44,149 nucleotides of DNA from a virus. Taxonomy: Duplodnaviria > Caudoviricetes. A program made the translations under genes and the position numbers. Where the stretch lies: positions 1 through 44,149 of IMG/VR virus record IMGVR_UViG_3300022177_000069; one strand, given 5' to 3'. Of this stretch, positions 35,829 through 44,149 are shown one piece after another (the first letter of the stretch is position 1; every line of letters starts with the position of its first letter). The notes under the pieces were generated by a model. The model was given only the letters and a program-made list of their open reading frames with translations, was not told the origin of the DNA and made no database searches.

Positions 35829-38159
35829 ATGGCAAAAGCATTTCTTTCACACAGCAGCAAAGACAAGGGACTAGTTGAGAAAATAGCTACTCAACTGGGC
35901 AAAAACAATTGTCACTATGACAAATTCACTTTTGAGGCAGGTAATCTAACTTTAGACGAGATATTTAAAGGTTTAGAAGATACAGATGTTTTCGTCTTAT
36001 TTATTTCTCAACCAGCACTTGAGTCTGAATGGATTGAGAAAGAAATAACTCATGCTAGAGTACTTTCGACAGACAAGCGAATAGATAGAATTTTTCCAAT
36101 AATAATTGATAAGTCAATCCATCATTCGGACAAACGAATACCCGAATGGATAAGAAAACCTTATAATCTAAGAGTTTTTGACAATGAAGTAATTATTTTA
36201 AAAAAAATAAAACAGTTACTTCGGGAAAGCAACTTTAAGCAGTTTTCTCATCTAAGAGATATAAATGACTTATTTGTTGGGAGAAATGATATTATGCAGG
36301 AATTCGAAAGGCGAATCATAAATATTGAAAATACAAAGCCGACCTGCATCATTGCTTCAAGTTTTTTCGAAGGCATGGGAAGAAGAACTTTTTTAAGAAA
36401 TGGACTTATAAAAACCAGAGTAATTGACAAATGGTATGAACCTGTACCTGTTTCAATTGGATCAAAGGAAAGTATTGAAGACTTCCTATATAAGCTCAAT
36501 TTTATTGAAATAATCCCTGAAGTATTTAAAAAGAATTTTGCAACTGATGACCTTGAAACAAAAATAGAGCTTGGAAGAAAATTCTTAAAGAAATATTCTG
36601 AAACAAAAGAATTACTTTTTATTATAGATGAAGGTAGTATTGTACTTCCCAATCATACCTTGGTTGGTTGGTTTCGTGAAATAATATCTACACCAGATCT
36701 TTTAAACCAAGTTTCAATTTGTTTAATATCTAAATTTAAACCTTATGGACCCCATATTAAGAAATTGGGGAATGTTCTCAATTTTCAAATTGACGAACTT
36801 TCCCAAGAGGACACTCAGACATTGTTTATCCAGTATCTTAATATTATCAAACAACAACTACGTCCGGAAGATATTAAATTCTTCTTTCAATATTTACATG
36901 GTATTCCAGGCCAAATAATTTATGCTGCAAATTTAATAGAAAGCATGGGGCTTGTGGACTCAAAAGCCTTTGTGAAAGACATAGAGGAATTTGATGAGTT
37001 AAGAGCCCTGTCAATCTTAGAATTTTTAAAAGACGACCCTTTATGTACACAAATGCTGATTGCTTTATCAAAATTTGAAATAATAAGTCACGATCTGGTG
37101 TTTAAGATATTTGGAGAGACAGATGAAGTTTATAAAGCAATCCAGAAGTTGTTTGATTTAACATTGTTCTTCTCAGTTAGCTCAACCCATGACTATCTAA
37201 AATTAAACAGTTCAATTTCTGATTATATAAATCGTTCTAGATTAGAACTTAACCAATCTATTAATAACCGTATAAAGGAAATTGCAAGAGAAGCAATTCA
37301 GAAGCCACTTGAGTTGACCGAAACTTCTGACTATTCTGAATTTCTTTTCACTTTGGAAAATATGATTAAAGAAAATATTGCGATTCCAACAAAGTACTTA
37401 ATTCCATCATTCATTTTAAAATCCATTATTAAAGAATATAATGACCGGCAGTATAAAAAAGTAATTCAACTTGCAACAAAATTACTTGAAAATGAAAATA
37501 AATTTGATTTCCAAATTATTCGAGAGACAAGAAATTGGCTGTGTCTAGCTTATTGCAGAACTCAAAATGAAAAGTTTTTTGAATTGATTAATTTTTTCAA
37601 TAATCAAGATAACGAATCGCAAATTGACTTTCATTTTCTATTTGGCTTCTATTACAGAAATGGAGATAAAATGGATGAAGCGGAAGATCATTTTTTAGAA
37701 GTTTTAAAACTTGATGAAAATCATTCAAGAACAAAACGCGAACTTGTAAATGTTTATCTGAGGAAAGGTGAGTACATGAAAGCACTCAATTGGTCAAGAG
37801 ATAATTATAAGAAGTTTAAAACTAATATTCTCCATATACAAGCATATTTCACTTGTCTAATAAAGAAAGCTGATAAAAGTGAATTTGACTTAGATACAAT
37901 CAAAGAACTTCTACAGAATGCTTCAAAAAGTTTAGATAAAAAAGCTAATAATGTAATGAGGGAAATGCAGGCAGAGTATGACTTTTACATTAAAAACAAT
38001 GCAAGTAGTGCAATTACTACCTTGAATGAATCTTTGAGAATGAATCAACATAACTACTTCGCATTTAGAGCACTTTTTGAAATATACAAAAAGAAACACA
38101 TGGCCTTTGAATTGGGCGAACTTGTATCAAAGTATCCAGACCTATATGAGTTCGAATAA
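35829..38159 (+). CDS. Cassette 2: TIR + degenerate P-loop NTPase + TPR protein (776 aa from ATG 35829)
   Basis: AFLSHSSKDK...SEWIEKEI TIR; LFVGRN, EGMGRRTF, LFIIDE and GIPG STAND-like motifs; TPR-like C-terminus (GFYYR..D..DEA..HFL.VL.LD.NH). Confidence 0.8.
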   Translation: MAKAFLSHSSKDKGLVEKIATQLGKNNCHYDKFTFEAGNLTLDEIFKGLEDTDVFVLFISQPALESEWIEKEITHARVLSTDKRIDRIFPIIIDKSIHHSDKRIPEWIRKPYNLRVFDNEVIILKKIKQLLRESNFKQFSHLRDINDLFVGRNDIMQEFERRIINIENTKPTCIIASSFFEGMGRRTFLRNGLIKTRVIDKWYEPVPVSIGSKESIEDFLYKLNFIEIIPEVFKKNFATDDLETKIELGRKFLKKYSETKELLFIIDEGSIVLPNHTLVGWFREIISTPDLLNQVSICLISKFKPYGPHIKKLGNVLNFQIDELSQEDTQTLFIQYLNIIKQQLRPEDIKFFFQYLHGIPGQIIYAANLIESMGLVDSKAFVKDIEEFDELRALSILEFLKDDPLCTQMLIALSKFEIISHDLVFKIFGETDEVYKAIQKLFDLTLFFSVSSTHDYLKLNSSISDYINRSRLELNQSINNRIKEIAREAIQKPLELTETSDYSEFLFTLENMIKENIAIPTKYLIPSFILKSIIKEYNDRQYKKVIQLATKLLENENKFDFQIIRETRNWLCLAYCRTQNEKFFELINFFNNQDNESQIDFHFLFGFYYRNGDKMDEAEDHFLEVLKLDENHSRTKRELVNVYLRKGEYMKALNWSRDNYKKFKTNILHIQAYFTCLIKKADKSEFDLDTIKELLQNASKSLDKKANNVMREMQAEYDFYIKNNASSAITTLNESLRMNQHNYFAFRALFEIYKKKHMAFELGELVSKYPDLYEFE

Positions 38160-38175
38160 TAATCGCCAGCCGCCA

Positions 38176-38260
38176 ATCGAGTAGACGGCCGGTGAGCCAT
38201 AAGCCCACCGGTGCGCCTCTCACACCACCGTACGTACGGGTCACGTATACGGCGGTTCAA
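38176..38260 (-). mobile_element. Group IIC intron 3' remnant (domains V-VI only)
   Basis: Minus strand GAACCGCCGTATACGTGACCCGTACGTACGGTGGTGTGAGAGG (DV, CGC triad), then DVI stem ending GTCT-A-CTCGAT with bulged A; no RT ORF. Confidence 0.88.
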
Positions 38261-38337
38261 ACACCATCATCGAATTTGGTGCATCTGCAATAATTACAAG
38301 TTCCGTAACTCATAATTCTTATTCCGCTTGGAGATTA

Positions 38338-38535
38338 TTAATCATGAATAGTTCTAATATCCTGCAGCAATTCTTTAAACCGCCTGTCCCGTGCCGCCTT
38401 AGTTTCAAATTTCTCCAAAGTTCTCCATTCATAGTTACCGTTCTCTTTTACTTTGATTCTCGGGGATGGCTGATCATCAGTCCTGATGATCCGGAACCCG
38501 GCAGCCATTACTTTCATTTGTGAGTTTGTGTCCAT
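38338..38535 (-). CDS. Small hypothetical phage protein (start at ATG 38535)
   Basis: 65 aa MDTNSQ..., last gene of the replication operon. Confidence 0.6.
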   Translation of the reverse strand: MDTNSQMKVMAAGFRIIRTDDQPSPRIKVKENGNYEWRTLEKFETKAARDRRFKELLQDIRTIHD

Positions 38536-38539
38536 AGCT

Positions 38540-38785
38540 TTATTGGTTGGTTGATTTAACATATACCCGGCCATCCTCAATCCATGGCCGGAATTTTTCC
38601 ACTACCCCATGTTTCGAAACATGGTGCTCGAATTCATTGGAATGGTAGGTATGAACCAGAAAATTTATTCCCTCCGGTTCCACTCCCCTCTCAGTTCTGA
38701 AATCATCGATTCCGGCCACCCGCATTCCTTGAGGAAGGGTTTTGTATATCCAGCGGCCAAATTCTCCCAGATATGGATCTTTCAT
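38540..38785 (-). CDS. Small hypothetical phage protein
   Basis: 81 aa, coupled to the upstream gene. Confidence 0.55.
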   Translation of the reverse strand: MKDPYLGEFGRWIYKTLPQGMRVAGIDDFRTERGVEPEGINFLVHTYHSNEFEHHVSKHGVVEKFRPWIEDGRVYVKSTNQ

Positions 38786-39216
38786 AGCATGATTACATTA
38801 TATCCAAGATGGCTGGCCACCAGGAACTGGGTTTGCGCATCGCGGCTCCTGCCCCACTCCGGGAACAGCGCAATGGATGTACAGTTTTTAATAAGGGCTG
38901 TAAGGCTGATCCGCATTGCCGGCTGCCAGCCGGAACCTTCAGGAATAAGTGAAAGCGGATTAAGCGGTTTATGTCCGTATGCTTTCAGGAGGTTTTCAGC
39001 GTCTGAATTTCGCTGCATCTGTAGCTTCCTGTCAGCAGAAAACAGATCTCCGGCAATAAACACCGAGTTTTCTCCCGCGGCCGGGATAGATACATTATCA
39101 GTGGTAACAAGATCCAGCAGTTCAAGGAGAGGATCCACTACCTCAAGGATTGCTTCAGCAGGCAAGGATCCCTTCCTGATCTGCCTGAGCCTTAACATTA
39201 AATAATCAGCATTCAT
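38782..39216 (-). CDS. DUF4406-like protein
   Basis: VFIAG, LNP, W...MR..L..L..C..I...PEW..S..A pattern. Confidence 0.65.
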   Translation of the reverse strand: MNADYLMLRLRQIRKGSLPAEAILEVVDPLLELLDLVTTDNVSIPAAGENSVFIAGDLFSADRKLQMQRNSDAENLLKAYGHKPLNPLSLIPEGSGWQPAMRISLTALIKNCTSIALFPEWGRSRDAQTQFLVASHLGYNVIML

Positions 39217-39725
39217 CAGTCTATGGTTAATTGAAGTGAGTAATTATGTTTCCTGGCCAGGCGTTCAATTCTGTCCTTCAGGATACCTTCCAGTACCTGC
39301 TGTTTTGAAGCCGGGATATAGATAGTTTTCTCCGGACCGGAGACTTTGATTCCTGCCTGGGTAATAAGGTAGTGCAGATTGTACCGCTGTTTGGTCCGGC
39401 ATGGAGTATACTCCTGATAATACTGCTTACACTTGCTTACCTTTTCCCCGAAAAGCGGATCTGTAGCCACAAGTCCGCTGATGGTTTTGTGTGCATTGAT
39501 GCTGGTTGCATGGGCTTTCTTATTAAAGTACCTGGCAATAGCCGGGTGTGAAAGCCTGAGCAATTCCTTCTGCAGGTACATGGCCGTAAGCCTTGCATCA
39601 GTTATGGTCCTCAGGGTAGTGTTCCGGTGCAGCTCACGCAGTGTGATTCCGAAAACATCGCACACTATCCGGTCCAACCGGCGCTGCTCCCTTCTAGAAT
39701 GGCGGTTTGCTGTTGTCCTCTTCAT
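39216..39725 (-). CDS. DnaA C-terminal (domain IV)-like HTH protein
   Basis: IVCDVFGIT..EL...T..R.I..AR..AMYL...LS...IA..F....H.T.I.A pattern. Confidence 0.7.
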   Translation of the reverse strand: MKRTTANRHSRREQRRLDRIVCDVFGITLRELHRNTTLRTITDARLTAMYLQKELLRLSHPAIARYFNKKAHATSINAHKTISGLVATDPLFGEKVSKCKQYYQEYTPCRTKQRYNLHYLITQAGIKVSGPEKTIYIPASKQQVLEGILKDRIERLARKHNYSLQLTID

Positions 39726-42672
39726 GTTGTTGGATATTAGTGTTATCTCCGGGCTTTGTTGAGATATAGAAACACTCCATTGATTTGCCTTCCACGGATT
39801 TGATGATCCGTCTGAGTGATTCGGTACTGTTGCCGGTGCAGAGCTGAATAGGGTTCAGTTCAAAACCATAGTAATCGCACCACGCCTGAATGTGTGATTT
39901 GAATTTTCCGCTCCTGTAGTCGCTTTGCTGTTTTTTCGAAAGCCTGGCTTTGAAGTTCTCAAAGGCATATTCCCGGACAACGTAGGTGTTAAAATACCCG
40001 TTATCAATAGGTGATATCTGAGGCTTTTCAGGAAGTGGGCAGTTAATGAAGTAGTCATTTGCCCAGGTAAAGAAGTCTTCATCCCGGCCAAGGCCTTGAG
40101 CCATGGTTCTGCGGAGCTGGCGCTTCTCGAGGTTCATTAGCGGGGGCTGGATTTTGTAAAAGCGCATTGTTAACTGGATACAGTATGCAATGAGGTTGTA
40201 GAATTTGATCCACTCTTCATCAGTAAAATCATCATAGAGCCGGCGCCCGAACTTTGTAAGGGGGGTGCGCGTTTCCTTGTAATCGTTGAACTTTGTTGCC
40301 TCGTGGTAATAGTCGGAGACCCCGCAGTTCAACAGCCTGGCCACTGTGCTCGAGTCATAATTCTGAAGCTCGAAATTTGAACTGATAAGCATTTTCCCGG
40401 AGTCTTCATACTCCAGGGTGAAAGGGGTGTAATTTTTTGGATTTACTTCTCTTTTGCCAGTTACCTGAGTGTAAAAGAAAGCAAAGTCTGCATATTCATG
40501 CATGTCGTCTACCTCAATGAAGTCATGGAACTCTGTCATTCCATCATAAAAGAACTGGTATTGGTTTTTGTCATCCAGAGAGCGTCCACCTTTATAAAAT
40601 GATGCCCTTACATAGCTGACAGCTTTTGAAAGCAAACTTTTTCCTGACCTTCCCGAGCTCTGGCCAATCTCGCTGATACGCATATCCTGCAGGAAAGTAA
40701 GCCAGGGTTTGCCTGGATCCTTGTATTGTGCGCAATGATATCCAAGAACAAAAAGGAAGTTGGCAAGTGTTAGGTTTTCCTCTTTGCGTTCATCAGGCGT
40801 TAATGTTTGGCGAAGCTCGAGCTCCTTGCGCCAGTAAAGCCTGGACAGATCGCGCAGGAAACGGACGAAAATAAAATCTTCATCGTGTATTTTTACTTCG
40901 TACTTATCCAGGTCTGAGAGCTGAGCCAGCTGAAGGTTGTAGAGCTCACGTTCTTCATCAGTCCGGGATGAATTAAGTTTTGATAAAAGATCCTGATATG
41001 CTGGTGTTGGATCTACAGTAATTGCAGGCTTTTCAATTATTCTGATGTCACGCTGAATTAAATGGCTGACTGGTTCCTTTTTTACTTCGAGACTTCCAAG
41101 GATAAAATTTGGTAAATCCTCGTGCTTAACCTTTTCAATTTTATCCTTTGATATTTTTATAGATCCATTTCTGAAATTAAGATATTCGGTATCCCTGCTG
41201 TGATTTTTGAAGTTAATTTTTATCTCATCTATTGCTTCCAGATTCCCTTCAGTAATTTGATTGGAGGTGTTGATTTTATTCAGCAAATCAATACCATCCA
41301 TTAAATTCTTACTCTTAATCCATTCCTTTGTAAATCTCTTAACGATACGCTTTATTGAGTCTGGCGCTATCAGATCCACCACTTTCCCCTTTATCCAGGC
41401 ATAGCAGTAATTTGCACCTTTGTGATAGATTGACTCCATTTGATACAACCCCTGAGCGCGAAGAAAGAAATAGTAAAATTCCATGTTGATGGAATAACTA
41501 ATCTTGCCGGTCTTATCATCAGTTGATTTCTGCCAGAATTTAATTCTCCTGGCATTGCGCTTGAGCACAAGAAAATTGTAATAAGTCTGATCCTGATAAT
41601 CTCCACTGAGATTAATAAAATCCTTCAAGTCCTTACATGGATTGCCCCGCCAATCCTTTTTATGCTTCAGCCACTCAGGAAGCTCAATTGTATACAGGTT
41701 GATATGCTTCAGGGCATTCTTCAATGCCTGAGCCTGGCCGGTACGGTCCAGATCCATTACCTGGTAGTGATTCTCACAAAGATCGTCCAGCTGCTTAAAT
41801 TGTTCATAAGTAAATTCAGCAGATTCACTATTCAGCCAATAAACATGAAAGCCCAGGGCATGAAGATTCATGGCATCAGACTCACCGGAGCAACGGAACA
41901 GATCCCTGACCTTTGCTGAGGGCTTATCCTGAGGCGGTGTCAGATCTGCCTGCTCTTCGTCCAGAAATTCATTATCGCATTCAAGGATTTGCTCCAGGCC
42001 ATAAACGTACTCCTTAGGTTTCTGCCCGATATAAAGGAACCGGTGTTTTTTCTCAATTTCATGCGGCCGGTAGAGCTTCTGGAAATCCTTATAGTCAAAC
42101 AGGAAGATCGGATAATCCTTTGTTGCCTTAAATACATGTACTACATCCCGGTTATGCTTTTTTGAATTACCGCAGTACTCATACTTTTCGACCACCCGGC
42201 AATGGAAATAATCCAGGGTGTCTTCCGTTACATAGCGCCCGATGGCGGAGAGGTCCTCAGCTGAGGGGTGTTCCTTGAAAGTGAAATTGTATGCCCCTTT
42301 CTTATCAGCAGGAAGCATTTCCCGCATTTCATATTCCGGAGCCCATTTTACCTTCTGAAACTCCTTGCCTTCAACAGTTCTCCCAATAATTACCTGTTCA
42401 ACAAAAAGCAAGGCATCGTAAAAGCTCAGACCTTCCCTCCAGACAACAAAATCTATAGCCTTGAGGCCGTTAATCTGATCCTGCTGGCCAAAGTCAGTTA
42501 TCCGCCAGAAACCATCATACCAGGTAACCCTGGCCGAAGCAGTTTTTTCATTATCCCGGATTTTAAAGAAGCTTTTGGGATCAGTCAGATTGACAGCCGG
42601 GAAATAATGTTTAAAGACGTCCAGGCCGCCATCAGTAGCATCATAAATCTTATCCTGATCAATATAGCGCAT
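39694..42672 (-). CDS. Primase-helicase replication protein
   Basis: N-terminal R..EKTAS..TDFG, Toprim-like SGESD...D.D.TG...KD..D, C-terminal P-loop SGRSGKS and Walker B EVDD. Confidence 0.8.
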   Translation of the reverse strand: MRYIDQDKIYDATDGGLDVFKHYFPAVNLTDPKSFFKIRDNEKTASARVTWYDGFWRITDFGQQDQINGLKAIDFVVWREGLSFYDALLFVEQVIIGRTVEGKEFQKVKWAPEYEMREMLPADKKGAYNFTFKEHPSAEDLSAIGRYVTEDTLDYFHCRVVEKYEYCGNSKKHNRDVVHVFKATKDYPIFLFDYKDFQKLYRPHEIEKKHRFLYIGQKPKEYVYGLEQILECDNEFLDEEQADLTPPQDKPSAKVRDLFRCSGESDAMNLHALGFHVYWLNSESAEFTYEQFKQLDDLCENHYQVMDLDRTGQAQALKNALKHINLYTIELPEWLKHKKDWRGNPCKDLKDFINLSGDYQDQTYYNFLVLKRNARRIKFWQKSTDDKTGKISYSINMEFYYFFLRAQGLYQMESIYHKGANYCYAWIKGKVVDLIAPDSIKRIVKRFTKEWIKSKNLMDGIDLLNKINTSNQITEGNLEAIDEIKINFKNHSRDTEYLNFRNGSIKISKDKIEKVKHEDLPNFILGSLEVKKEPVSHLIQRDIRIIEKPAITVDPTPAYQDLLSKLNSSRTDEERELYNLQLAQLSDLDKYEVKIHDEDFIFVRFLRDLSRLYWRKELELRQTLTPDERKEENLTLANFLFVLGYHCAQYKDPGKPWLTFLQDMRISEIGQSSGRSGKSLLSKAVSYVRASFYKGGRSLDDKNQYQFFYDGMTEFHDFIEVDDMHEYADFAFFYTQVTGKREVNPKNYTPFTLEYEDSGKMLISSNFELQNYDSSTVARLLNCGVSDYYHEATKFNDYKETRTPLTKFGRRLYDDFTDEEWIKFYNLIAYCIQLTMRFYKIQPPLMNLEKRQLRRTMAQGLGRDEDFFTWANDYFINCPLPEKPQISPIDNGYFNTYVVREYAFENFKARLSKKQQSDYRSGKFKSHIQAWCDYYGFELNPIQLCTGNSTESLRRIIKSVEGKSMECFYISTKPGDNTNIQQHEEDNSKPPF

Positions 42673-42690
42673 GAAGTGAATTACAGAAGA

Positions 42691-42873
42691 TTAATAGGTG
42701 ATTTTGAATTTACCACCGGCATACAAAGGATCCTGCCTGAGTATAGACCGGTAATATGAAAGCAATGCGAAAGGCCCGGAATGGATCAGATGCTCATTAT
42801 TACTGCGATCGATCCAGATAAGCCTGCCGGTTGCCGGTTTTTGCTTTTTACACCTGTATTCTGGTTTCTTCAT
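42691..42873 (-). CDS. Small hypothetical protein
   Basis: 60 aa in the early operon. Confidence 0.45.
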   Translation of the reverse strand: MKKPEYRCKKQKPATGRLIWIDRSNNEHLIHSGPFALLSYYRSILRQDPLYAGGKFKITY

Positions 42874-43036
42874 CGAGCTGCCTGGTTAGCATCCTCAGAA
42901 ATCTCTTGTCTTCTTTGGTCAGATCCGGATCAGGAGCCTTCTGCAACCTGGTTTCAATTGCAGTGATGATAGCAGGAATATAATCTCCCGGGATTGACAT
43001 TATGTTAAAGCCTTCGGCTGTTTGTTCAACGTACAT
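42848..43036 (-). CDS. Small hypothetical protein
   Basis: 62 aa in the early operon. Confidence 0.45.
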   Translation of the reverse strand: MYVEQTAEGFNIMSIPGDYIPAIITAIETRLQKAPDPDLTKEDKRFLRMLTRQLDEETRIQV

Positions 43037-43109
43037 CAGAGTATGAATAAAATGATCGATAATTCAGTTAAAAACAGTAGAAAGAAAATGATAAGGCCGC
43101 GACGCCTGG

Positions 43110-43352
43110 CTAGATCTCGTTCACCCATGCCGGAAGAATTACAGTTTCAGCAAGTGCGTACATTTCTTCTTTTATGAGTGCCAGCTTCAGCTGCTCAGAC
43201 TTCAGCCGTTCACTCCGGATACGGAGTTGATGCATATTCACAAGCCTCCAGTCCTGGAACCTCATGATGTTTTCAATTTTCCTTACCATGCGCTGTTGAG
43301 CTCTCAGCCGGGCAGAAATTTCGGAGAAGGATTCAAGAATGTCAGTTTTCAT
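43110..43352 (-). CDS. Small hypothetical coiled-coil protein
   Basis: 80 aa in the early operon. Confidence 0.5.
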   Translation of the reverse strand: MKTDILESFSEISARLRAQQRMVRKIENIMRFQDWRLVNMHQLRIRSERLKSEQLKLALIKEEMYALAETVILPAWVNEI

Positions 43353-43382
43353 AAGCTTTTTGTTTGCGTGGGGACGCGGTTG

Positions 43383-43934
43383 TTAAACACCTTTTTGCAT
43401 TGCCCAGAAGGCAATTTCAATTCTGTTATTGATACAAAGCTTTTCTCGGATTCTACACAGGTATGTGCGAACGGTAGAAACTTCAATCGAAAGTTCGGAG
43501 GCGATCTCCTTATCGAGTTTACCTTGACTGATCAATCGGATAATCAAGTATTCTTGCCGGGTCAATCGGCCATTTGGCACGGGCGGAATTTTGCAAACTA
43601 CATCGAAGCCAGGGCAAGTTGACAAACAATCGCAATAAGGTGCATCAGAACAGGTTTTATTACCGGCGAGGTCCGGTGTCGAATCCAGAGCACCGTACCG
43701 ACAGGCCACAAACCTCTTTTCAATCTCATCTGGATCAGATACTCGCATATCGAACTTAATACAGTTCAAAGCTGCTTGATCGGCAATGAGTTCTGCCTGA
43801 AATGGCTCTCGCAGTAGTGATGGCAACTCGAGATAGTCCAATTTGTTACCATTCACCAATACACGCAGTTCGCTACCGTACCGGTATATTTCAATTGAGC
43901 CTTCAAGCCCGGCCGGCATCTTATTGATTAGCAT
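43383..43934 (-). CDS. LuxR-type C-terminal HTH regulator with Cys-rich linker
   Basis: LTRQEY.IIRLISQG..DKEIA.EL.I..STV.TY..RI.EKL; C..C...C...C upstream. Confidence 0.85.
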   Translation of the reverse strand: MLINKMPAGLEGSIEIYRYGSELRVLVNGNKLDYLELPSLLREPFQAELIADQAALNCIKFDMRVSDPDEIEKRFVACRYGALDSTPDLAGNKTCSDAPYCDCLSTCPGFDVVCKIPPVPNGRLTRQEYLIIRLISQGKLDKEIASELSIEVSTVRTYLCRIREKLCINNRIEIAFWAMQKGV

Positions 43935-44149
43935 AAGTCAGCAATTTTCTTTTTTAGAAGTTCCTCTTTGGCTTGATATTCCTCGATAATCTGAAGAGCT
44001 GCTTCTACTACCTCCGGGACACAAAGTGAGTTATTGTATTGGAAGGTTTTAAAGATTGAGCTGTAGGATTTTCCTGTTTTTTCCTTGATAAGCCTGGCGT
44101 AATTCCTGGGTAGCTTGCTCTTGATTTTTTGTAAAGTGGCTTTGTCCAT
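43928..44149 (-). CDS. Small Cro-like HTH protein
   Basis: 73 aa, basic, IKEKTGKSYSSI; first gene of the early operon. Confidence 0.5.
   Translation of the reverse strand: MDKATLQKIKSKLPRNYARLIKEKTGKSYSSIFKTFQYNNSLCVPEVVEAALQIIEEYQAKEELLKKKIADLC

Larger units (their letters stand above)
1..44149. mobile_element. Temperate tailed prophage of a Bacteroidota host (near complete; att sites and CI repressor not seen in window)
   Basis: Integrase, primase-helicase, terminase, portal, Clp protease, capsid, tape measure, endolysin and fibre genes form one minus-strand block. No sheath gene was recognised. Confidence 0.93.

Noticed and set aside
34771-38159. Canonical CBASS, Pycsar or Thoeris operon
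   Set aside because: No cyclase or ThsA-like gene; the two TIR genes are separately bounded cassettes.
38054-38260. 68-aa minus-strand ORF (MNRRIRDPYVRWCERR...)
   Set aside because: It is simply the translation of the intron DV-DVI RNA running into the antisense of the TIR gene.
562-43759. Numerous short antisense or nested ORFs in the six-frame track (e.g. 12073-12594, 26429-27025, 30912-31556, 38609-39205)
   Set aside because: They are shadows of well-supported opposite-strand genes and have no recognisable motifs.

Overview
The window is an almost complete temperate tailed (pro)phage from a Bacteroidota host. The host is inferred from TAnnTTTG-type promoters, the absence of Shine-Dalgarno motifs and the gene families. 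A tyrosine integrase on + converges on one long minus-strand programme. In transcription order this runs: Cro/LuxR-like regulators, primase-helicase, DnaA-CTD-like protein, candidate origin, Clp protease, capsid, tail tube, terminase, portal, tape measure, lysis genes and fibres. Three accessory inserts interrupt the backbone: a type III-like restriction-modification locus (14.4-19.1 kb), a RadC/ArdC-like module with a duplicated leader (23.7-25.5 kb), and an integron-like array of two TIR-domain defence genes (34.6-38.3 kb). The array is the most striking feature. It has a Pc-like promoter, an attI-like site and a full attC-like hairpin, each cassette has mutually complementary ends, and a group IIC intron 3' remnant sits in the second attC core; no integron integrase is present. 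A four-copy late-promoter motif (TTGTCCTTT-N21/22-...TTGC) and a TTACAA iteron cluster are also visible. All protein calls come from motif recognition and gene context only; no database searches were run.
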